Assembly: GCA_964247055.1 (NCBI GenBank)
Contig: OZ176054.1
Span: forward strand, 310,001-374,000
Reading direction: 5' to 3'
Source: Paragordius varius
Taxonomy: Eukaryota; Animalia; Nematomorpha
Length of the DNA: 64,000 nucleotides
Below are positions 54,201-64,000 of the stretch, in pieces. Position 1 is the stretch's first letter. The number at the start of each line of letters is the position of its first letter. Made by a program: the position numbers and the translations under genes. The notes below the pieces were generated by a model. It was not told the DNA's origin and did no database searches. It was given only the letters and a program-made list of their open reading frames with translations.

Positions 54201-57200
54201 AATCCAAATTCGATCAGGTGATGTCGCCATAATTTTTTTTGGGTAGCCCTATGATAGTTCCATCATCACCCCAAATATTTTCGAGATCGGAGTATAAATG
54301 TAATTTTTATGAATTTTTTAAATATTTAAAAATTTATTTTATACGATTTTAAAAATAAAAATGGCTAGCTAAATCCAAATTTGATCAGGTGATGTCACCA
54401 TAATTTTTTTTGGGTAGCCCTATGGTAGTTCCATCATAACCCCAAATATTTTTGGGATCGGACTTTAAGTGTAATTTTTATGAATTTTTTAAATATTTAA
54501 AAAATTTATTTTATACGAATTTAAAAATAAAAATGGCTACCTAAAATCCAAATTTGATCAGGTGATGTCACCATAATTTTTTTTTGGGTAGCCCTATGGT
54601 AGTTCCATCATCACCCCAAATATTTTCGAGATCGGAGTATAAATGTAATTTTTATGAATTTTTTAAATATTTAAAAAATTTATTTTATACGATTTAAAAA
54701 ATAAAAATGGCTACCTAAAATCCAAATTTGATCAGGTGATGTCGCCATAATTTTTTTTGGGTAGCCCTATGGTAGTTCCATCATCACCCCAAATATTTTC
54801 GAGATCGGAATATAAATGTAATTTTTATGAATTTTTTAAATATTTAAAAAATTTATTTTATACGATTTTAAAAATAAAAATGGCTACCTAAAATATAAAT
54901 TTGATCAGGTGATGTCACCATAATTTTTTTTGGGTAGCCCTATGGTAGTTCCATCATAACCCCAAATATTTTTGGGATCGGACTTTAAATGTAATTTTTA
55001 TGAATTTTTTAAATATTTAAAAAATTTATTTTATACGATATTAAAAATAAAAATGGCTACCTAAAATCCAAATTTGATCAGGTGATGTCACCATAATTTT
55101 TTTTGGGTAGCCCTATGGTAATTCCATCATCACCCCAAATATTGTCGAGATCGGAGTATAAATGTAGTTTTTATGAATTTTTTAAATATTTAAAAAATTT
55201 ATTTTATACGATTTTAAAAATAAAAATGGCTACCTAAAATCCAAATTTGATCAGGTGATGTCGCCATAATTTTTTTTGCGTAGCCCTATGGTAGTTCCAT
55301 CATCACCCCAAATATTTTCGAGATCGGAGTATAAATGTAATTTTTATGAATTTTTTAAATATTTAAAAAATTTATTTTATACGATTTTAAAAATAAAAAT
55401 GGCTACCTAAAATCCAAATTTGATCAGGTGATGTCGCCATAATTTTTTTGGGTAGCCCTATGGTAGTTCCATCATCACACCAAATATTTTCGAGATCGGA
55501 GTATAAATGTAATTTTTATGAATTTTTTAAATATTTAAAAAATTTATTTTATACGATTTTAAAAATAAAAATGACTACCTAAAATCCAAATTCGATCAGG
55601 TGATGTCGCCATAATTTTTTTTGGGTAGCCCTATGATAGTTCCATCATCACCCCAAATATTTTCGAGATCGGAGTATTTTTATGAATTTTTTAAATATTT
55701 AAAAAATTTATTTTATACGATTTTAAAAATAAAAATGGCTACCTAAAATCCAAATTTGATCAGGTGATGTCACCATAATTTTTTTTGGGTAGCCCTATGA
55801 TAATTCCATCATCACCCCAAATATTTTCGAGATCGGAGTATAAATGTAATTTTTATGAATTTTTTAAATATTTAAAAAATTTATTTTATACGATTTTAAA
55901 AATAAAAATGGCTACCTAAAATCCAAATTTGATCAGGTGATGTCGCCATAATTTTTTTGCGTAGCCCTATGGTAGTTCCATCATCACCCCAAATATTTTC
56001 GAGATCGGAGTATAAATGTTTTATGAATTTTTTAAATATTTAAAAAATTTATTTTATACGATTTTAAAAATAAAAATGGCTACCTAAAATCTAAATTTGA
56101 TCAGGTGATGTCGCCATAATTTTTTTGGGTAGCCCTATGGTAGTTCCATCATCACCCCAAATATTTTCGAGATCGGAGTATAAATGTAATTTTTATGAAT
56201 TTTTTAAATATTTAAAAAATTTATTTTATACGATTTTAAAAATAAAAATGGCTACCTAAAATCCAAATTCGATCAGGTGATGTCGCCATAATTTTTTTTG
56301 GGTAGCCCTATGATAGTTCCATCATCACCCCAAATATTTTCGAGATCGGAGTATAAATGTAATTTTTATGAATTTTTTAAATATTTAAAAATTTATTTTA
56401 TACGATTTTAAAAATAAAAATGGCTAGCTAAATCCAAATTTGATCAGGTGATGTCACCATAATTTTTTTTGGGTAGCCCTATGGTAGTTCCATCATAACC
56501 CCAAATATTTTTGGGATCGGACTTTAAGTGTAATTTTTATGAATTTTTTAAATATTTAAAAAATTTATTTTATACGAATTTAAAAATAAAAATGGCTACC
56601 TAAAATCCAAATTTGATCAGGTGATGTCACCATAATTTTTTTTTGGGTAGCCCTATGGTAGTTCCATCATCACCCCAAATATTTTCGAGATCGGAGTATA
56701 AATGTAATTTTTATGAATTTTTTAAATATTTAAAAAATTTATTTTATACGATTTAAAAAATAAAAATGGCTACCTAAAATCCAAATTTGATCAGGTGATG
56801 TCGCCATAATTTTTTTTGGGTAGCCCTATGGTAGTTCCATCATCACCCCAAATATTTTCGAGATCGGAATATAAATGTAATTTTTATGAATTTTTTAAAT
56901 ATTTAAAAAATTTATTTTATACGATTTTAAAAATAAAAATGGCTACCTAAAATATAAATTTGATCAGGTGATGTCACCATAATTTTTTTTGGGTAGCCCT
57001 ATGGTAGTTCCATCATAACCCCAAATATTTTTGGGATCGGACTTTAAATGTAATTTTTATGAATTTTTTAAATATTTAAAAAATTTATTTTATACGATAT
57101 TAAAAATAAAAATGGCTACCTAAAATCCAAATTTGATCAGGTGATGTCACCATAATTTTTTTTGGGTAGCCCTATGGTAATTCCATCATCACCCCAAATA

Positions 57201-60200
57201 TTGTCGAGATCGGAGTATAAATGTAGTTTTTATGAATTTTTTAAATATTTAAAAAATTTATTTTATACGATTTTAAAAATAAAAATGGCTACCTAAAATC
57301 CAAATTTGATCAGGTGATGTCGCCATAATTTTTTTTGCGTAGCCCTATGGTAGTTCCATCATCACCCCAAATATTTTCGAGATCGGAGTATAAATGTAAT
57401 TTTTATGAATTTTTTAAATATTTAAAAAATTTATTTTATACGATTTTAAAAATAAAAATGGCTACCTAAAATCCAAATTTGATCAGGTGATGTCGCCATA
57501 ATTTTTTTGGGTAGCCCTATGGTAGTTCCATCATCACACCAAATATTTTCGAGATCGGAGTATAAATGTAATTTTTATGAATTTTTTAAATATTTAAAAA
57601 ATTTATTTTATACGATTTTAAAAATAAAAATGACTACCTAAAATCCAAATTCGATCAGGTGATGTCGCCATAATTTTTTTTGGGTAGCCCTATGATAGTT
57701 CCATCATCACCCCAAATATTTTCGAGATCGGAGTATTTTTATGAATTTTTTAAATATTTAAAAAATTTATTTTATACGATTTTAAAAATAAAAATGGCTA
57801 CCTAAAATCCAAATTTGATCAGGTGATGTCACCATAATTTTTTTTGGGTAGCCCTATGGTAGTTCCATCATCACCCCAAATATTTTCGAGATCGGAGTAT
57901 AAATGTAATTTTTATGAATTTTTTAAATATTTAAAAAATTTATTTTATACGATTTTAAAAATAAAAATGGCTACCTAAAATCCAAATTTGATCAGGTGAT
58001 GTCACTATAATTTTTTTTGGGTAGCCCTATGTTAGTTCCATCATCACCCCAAATATTTTCGAGATCGGAGTATAAATGTAATTTTTATGAATTTTTTAAA
58101 TATTTAAAAAATTTATTTTATACGATTTTAAAAATAAAAATGGCTACCTAAAATCCAAATTTGATCAGGTGATGTCACCATAATTTTTTTGGGTAGCCCT
58201 ATGGTAGTTCCATCATCACCCCAAATATTTTGGGGATCGGACTATAAATGTAATTTTTATGAAGTTTTTAAATATTTAAAAAATTTATTTTATACGATTT
58301 TAAAAATAAAAATGGCTACCTAAAATCCAAATTTGATCAGGTGATGTCACCATAATTTTTTTTGGGTAGCCCTATGGTAGTTCCATCATCACCCCAATTA
58401 TTGTCGAGATCGGAGTATAAATGTAATTTTTATGAATTTTTTAAATATTTAAAAAATTTATTTTATACGATTTTAAAAATAAAAATGGCTACCTAAAATC
58501 CAAATTTGATCAGGTGATGTCACCATAATTTTTTTTGGGTATCCCTATGGTAGTTCCATCATCACCCCAAATATTTTCGAGATCGGAGTATAAATGTAAT
58601 ATTTATGAATTTTTTAAATATTTAAAAAATTTATTTTATACGATTTTAAAAATAAAAATGGCTACCTAAAATCCAAATTTGATCAGGTGATGTCGCCATA
58701 ATTTTTTTTGGGTAGCCCTATGGTAGTTCCATCATCACCCCAAATATTTTCGAGATCGGAGTATAAATGTAATTTTTATGAATTTTTTAAATATTTAAAA
58801 AATTTATTTTATACGATCTTAAAAATAAAAATGGCTACCTAAAATCCAAATTTGATCAGGTGATGTCGCCATAATTTTTTTTGGGTAGCCCTATGGTAGT
58901 TCCATCATCACCCCAAATATTTTCGAGATCGGAGTATAAATGTAATTTTTTGAATTTTTTAAATATTTAAAAAATTTATTTTATACGATTTTAAAAATAA
59001 AAATGGCTACCTAAAATCCAAATTTGATCAGGTGATGTTACCATAATTTTTTTTGGGTAGCCCTATGGTAGTTCCATCATCACCCCAAATATTTTCGAGA
59101 TCGGAGTATAAATGTAATTTTTATGAATTTTTTAAATATTTAAAAAATTTATTTTATACGATTTTAAAAATAAAAATGGCTACCTAAAATCCAAATTTGA
59201 TCAGGTGATGTCACCATAATTTTTTTTGGGTAGCCCTATGTTAGTTCCATCCTCACCCCAAATATTTTCGAGATCGGAGTATAAATGTAATTTTTATGAA
59301 TTTTTTAAATATTTAAAAAATTTATTTTATACGATTTTAAAAATAAAAATGGCTACCTAAAATCCAAATTGGATCAGGTGATGTCACCATAATTTTTTTT
59401 GGGTAGCCCTATAGTAGTTCCATCATCACCCCAAATATTTTCGAGATCGGAGTATAAATGTAATTTTTATGAATTTTTTAAATATTTAAAAAATTTATTT
59501 TATACGATTTTAAAAATAAAAATGGCTACCTAAAATCCAAATTTGATCAGGTGATGTCACCATAATTTTTTTTGGGTAGCCCTATGGTAGTTCCATCATC
59601 ACCCCAAATATTTTCGAGATCGGAGTATAAATGTAATTTTTATGAATTTTTTAAATATTTAAAAAATTTATTTTATACGATTTTAAAAATAAAAATGGCT
59701 ACCTAAAATCCAAATTTGATCAGGTGATGTCACCATAATTTTTTTTGGGTAGCCCTATGGTAGTTCCATCATCACCCCAAATATTTTCGAGATCGGAGTA
59801 TAAATGTAATTTTTATGAATTTTTTAAATATTTAAAAAATTTATTTTATATGATTTTAAAAATAAAAATGGCTACCTAAAATCCAAATTTGATCAGGTGA
59901 TGTCACTATAGTTTTTTTGGGTAGCCCTATGGTAGTTCCATCATCACCCCAAATATTTTCGAGATCGGAGTATAAATGTAATTTTTATGAATTTTTTAAA
60001 TATTTAAAAAATTTATTTTATACGATTTTAAAAATAAAAATGGCTACCTAAAATCCAAATTTGATCAGGTGATGTTACCATAATTTTTTTTGGGTAGCCC
60101 TATGGTAGTTCCATCATCACCCCAAATATTTTCGAGATCGGAGTATAAATGTAATTTTTATGAATTTTTTAAATATTTAAAAAATTTATTTTATACGATT

Positions 60201-60650
60201 TTAAAAATAAAAATGGCTACCTAAAATCCAAATTTGATCAGGTGATGTCACCATAATTTTTTTTGGGTAGCCCTATGGTAGTTCCATCATCACCCCAAAT
60301 ATTGTCGAGATCAAAGTATAAATGTAATTTTTTTGAATTTTTTAAATATTTAAAAAATTTATTTTATACGATTTTAAAAATAAAAATGGCTACCTAAAAT
60401 CCAAATTTGATCAGGTGATGTTACCATAATTTTTTTTGGGTAGCCCTATGGTAGTTCCATCATCACCCCAAATATTTTCGAGATCGGAGTATAAATGTAA
60501 TTTTTATGAATTTTTTAAATATTTAAAAAATTTATTTTATACGATTTTAAAAATAAAAATGGCTACCTAAAATCCAAATTTGATCAGGTCATGTCACCAT
60601 AATTTTTTTTTGGTAGCCCTATGGTAGTTCCATCATCACCCCAAATATTT
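51250..60650. repeat. Dispersed ~14-monomer duplication: ~51250-53600 and ~58290-60650 (offset ~7041, locally 7214)
   Basis: CCCAATTATTG 51351/58393, TAGTTCCATCCTC 52201/59242, AAATTGGATC 52321/59362, ATCAAAGT 53271/60312; GATCTT 51601/58816 is one monomer out of register. Confidence 0.85.
53640..57800. repeat. 12-monomer tandem duplication, period 2059 bp
   Basis: ATAATTCC 53741/55800, GGCTAGCT 54361/56420, AAATATAAAT 54891/56950, 9-bp deletion GGAGTA|TTTTT 55671/57730, and a shared 9-T tract. Confidence 0.92.
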
Positions 60651-63400
60651 TCGAGATCGGAGTATAAATGTAATTTTTATGAATTTTTTAAATATTTAAA
60701 AAATTTATTTTATACGATTTTAAAAATAAAAATGGCTACCTAAAATCCAAATTTGATCAGGTGATGTCGCCATAATTTTTTTTGCTGAGCCCTATGGTAG
60801 TTCCATCATCACCCCAAATATTGTCGAGATCGGAGTATAAATGTAATTTTTATGAATTTTTTAAATATTTAAAAAATTTATTTTATACGATTTTAAAAAT
60901 AAAAATGGCTACCTAAAATCCAAATTTGATCAGGTGATGTCACCATAATTTTTTTTGGGTAGCCCTATGGTAGTTCCATCATCACCCCAAATATTTTCGA
61001 GATCGGAGTATAAATGTAATTTTTATGAATTTTTTAAATATTTAAAAAATTTATTTTATACGATTTTAAAAATAAAAATGACTACCTAAAATCCAAATTC
61101 GATCAGGTGATGTCGCCATAATTTTTTTTGGGTAGCCCTATGATAGTTCCATCATCACCCCAAATATTTTCGAGATCGGAGTATTTTTATGAATTTTTTA
61201 AATATTTAAAAAATTTATTTTATACGATTTTAAAAATAAAAATGGCTACCTAAAATCCAAATTTGATCAGGTGATGTCACCATAATTTTTTTTGGGTAGC
61301 CCTATGGTAGTTCCATCATCACCCCAAATATTTTCGAGATCGGAGTATAAATGTAATTTTTATGAATTTTTTAAATATTTAAAAAATTTATTTTATACGA
61401 TTTTAAAAATAAAAATGGCTACCTAAAATCCAAATTTGATCAGGTGATGTTACCATAATTTTTTTTGGGTAGCCCTATGGTAGTTCCATCATCACCCCAA
61501 ATATTTTCGAGATCGGAGTATAAATGTAATTTTTATGAATTTTTTAAATATTTAAAAAATTTATTTTATACGATTTTAAAAATAAAAATGGCTACCTAAA
61601 ATCCAAATTTGATCAGGTGATGTCACCATAATTTTTTTTGGGTAGCCCTATGTTAGTTCCATCCTCACCCCAAATATTTTCGAGATCGGAGTATAAATGT
61701 AATTTTTATGAATTTTTTAAATATTTAAAAAATTTATTTTATACGATTTTAAAAATAAAAATGGCTACCTAAAATCCAAATTGGATCAGGTGATGTCACC
61801 ATAATTTTTTTTGGGTAGCCCTATAGTAGTTCCATCATCACCCCAAATATTTTCGAGATCGGAGTATAAATGTAATTTTTATGAATTTTTTAAATATTTA
61901 AAAAATTTATTTTATACGATTTTAAAAATAAAAATGGCTACCTAAAATCCAAATTTGATCAGGTGATGTCACCATAATTTTTTTTGGGTAGCCCTATGGT
62001 AGTTCCATCATCACCCCAAATATTTTCGAGATCGGAGTATAAATGTAATTTTTATGAATTTTTTAAATATTTAAAAAATTTATTTTATACGATTTTAAAA
62101 ATAAAAATGGCTACCTAAAATCCAAATTTGATCAGGTGATGTCACCATAATTTTTTTTGGGTAGCCCTATGGTAGTTCCATCATCACCCCAAATATTTTC
62201 GAGATCGGAGTATAAATGTAATTTTTATGAATTTTTTAAATATTTAAAAAATTTATTTTATATGATTTTAAAAATAAAAATGGCTACCTAAAATCCAAAT
62301 TTGATCAGGTGATGTCACTATAATTTTTTTGGGTAGCCCTATGGTAGTTCCATCATCACCCCAAATATTTTCGAGATCGGAGTATAAATGTAATTTTTAT
62401 GAATTTTTTAAATATTTAAAAAATTTATTTTATACGATTTTAAAAATAAAAATGGCTACCTAAAATCCAAATTTGATCAGGTGATGTTACCATAATTTTT
62501 TTTGGGTAGCCCTATGGTAGTTCCATCATCACCCCAAATATTTTCGAGATCGGAGTATAAATGTAATTTTTATGAATTTTTTAAATATTTAAAAAATTTA
62601 TTTTATACGATTTTAAAAATAAAAATGGCTACCTAAAATCCAAATTTGATCAGGTGATGTCACCATAATTTTTTTTGGGTAGCCCTATGGTAGTTCCATC
62701 ATCACCCCAAATATTGTCGAGATCAAAGTATAAATGTAATTTTTTTGAATTTTTTAAATATTTAAAAAATTTATTTTATACGATTTTAAAAATAAAAATG
62801 GCTACCTAAAATCCAAATTTGATCAGGTGATGTTACCATAATTTTTTTTGGGTAGCCCTATGGTAGTTCCATCATCACCCCAAATATTTTCGAGATCGGA
62901 GTATAAATGTAATTTTTATGAATTTTTTAAATATTTAAAAAATTTATTTTATACGATTTTAAAAATAAAAATGGCTACCTAAAATCCAAATTTGATCAGG
63001 TGATGTCACCATAATTTTTTTTTGGTAGCCCTATGGTAGTTCCATCATCACCCCAAATATTTTCGAGATCGGAGTATAAATGTAATTTTTATGAATTTTT
63101 TAAATATTTAAAAAATTTATTTTATACGATTTTAAAAATAAAAATGGCTACCTAAAATCCAAATTTGATCAGGTGATGTCGCCATAATTTTTTTTGCTGA
63201 GCCCTATGGTAGTTCCATCATCACCCCAAATATTGTCGAGATCGGAGTATAAATGTAATTTTTATGAATTTTTTAAATATTTAAAAAATTTATTTTATAC
63301 GATTTTAAAAATAAAAATGGCTACCTAAAATCCAAATTTGATCAGGTGATGTCACCATAATTTTTTTTGGGTAGCCCTATGGTAGTTCCATCATCACCCC
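58960..63400. repeat. 14-monomer tandem duplication, period 2412 bp (second copy incomplete)
   Basis: TAGTTCCATCCTC 59242/61654, AAATTGGATC 59362/61774, ATCAAAGT 60312/62724, GCTGAGCC 60784/63196. Confidence 0.9.
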
Positions 63401-64000
63401 AAATATTTTCGAGATCGGAGTATAAATCTAATTTTTATGAATTTTTTAAATATTTAAAAAATTTATTTTATACGATTTTAAAAATAAAAATGGCTACCTA
63501 AAATCCAAATTTGATCAGGTGATGTCACCATAATTTTTTTTGGGTAGCCCTATGGTAGTTCCATCATCACCCCAAATATTGTCGAGATCGGAGTATAAAT
63601 GTAATTTTTATGAATTTTATAAATATTTAAAAAATTTATTTTATACGATTTTAAAAATAAAAATGGCTACCTAAAATCCAAATTTGATCAGGTGATGTCA
63701 CCATAATTTTTTTTGGGTAGCCCTATGGTAGTTCCATCATCACCCCAAATATTTTCGAGATCGGAGTATAAATGTAATTTTTATGAATTTTATATTTAAA
63801 AAATTTATTTTATACGATTTTAAAAATAAAAATGGCTACCTAAAATCCAAATTTGATCAGGTGATGTCGCCATAATTTTTTTTGGGTAGCCCTATGGTAG
63901 TTCCATCATCACCCCAAATATTTTCGAGATCGGAGTATAGATGTAATTTTTATGAATTTTTTAAATATTTAAAAAATTTATTTTATACGATTTTAAAATA

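Larger units (their letters stand above)
1..64000. repeat. 173-bp AT-rich tandem satellite array, ~370 monomers, single orientation, runs off both window ends
   Basis: The motif TTTATTTTATACGATTTT recurs at 1, 173, ... 1041 (6 monomers = 1040 bp) and continues to the end. The consensus has 45 G/C in 173 bp (26% GC). No non-satellite sequence was seen. Confidence 0.99.

Noticed and set aside
1-64000. CRISPR array
   Set aside because: There are no unique spacers. The entire 173-bp unit repeats, so there is no repeat-spacer alternation, and no cas genes are present.
1-64000. Assignment to a named satellite (primate alpha, Arabidopsis CEN178, Drosophila 1.688 or virilis 172TR) or to a DINE-1/Helitron repeat
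   Set aside because: Only the length or AT content is similar. I recognise no convincing sequence match from memory, and a database search is needed.
1-64000. Transposon insertion, inversion or array boundary
   Set aside because: On reading through, every segment aligned to the monomer in the same orientation. The irregularities are only short indels and substitutions.
1-64000. Variant order as an encoded information system (A/B 'code')
   Set aside because: The variant patterns are explained by nested duplications and conversion. Nothing in the sequence indicates a reading mechanism or selection on order.

Overview
The whole 64 kb window is one uninterrupted head-to-tail tandem array of a 173-bp, ~74% AT satellite monomer (about 370 copies, all in the same orientation). 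Consensus: TTTATTTTATACGATTTTAAAAATAAAAATGGCTACCTAAAATCCAAATTTGATCAGGTGATGTCACCATAATTTTTTTTGGGTAGCCCTATGGTAGTTCCATCATCACCCCAAATATTTTCGAGATCGGAGTATAAATGTAATTTTTATGAATTTTTTAAATATTTAAAAAA. I saw no genes, RNA genes, CRISPR spacers, transposon insertions, inversions or unique sequence. It looks like eukaryotic (peri)centromeric or heterochromatic satellite DNA; I cannot name the organism or the family. The information lies in the variants: several monomer haplotypes, a left-to-right compositional gradient, many local higher-order duplications of different period (6-16 monomers, each only 2-3 copies), long-range copies 5.7-16 kb apart, strong dyad symmetry, a deletion hotspot next to a 24-bp AT palindrome, and repeated tandem CC>TT changes. 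I found no evidence of a novel gene system. All offsets were counted by hand from diagnostic variants, and block boundaries are approximate to about one monomer.
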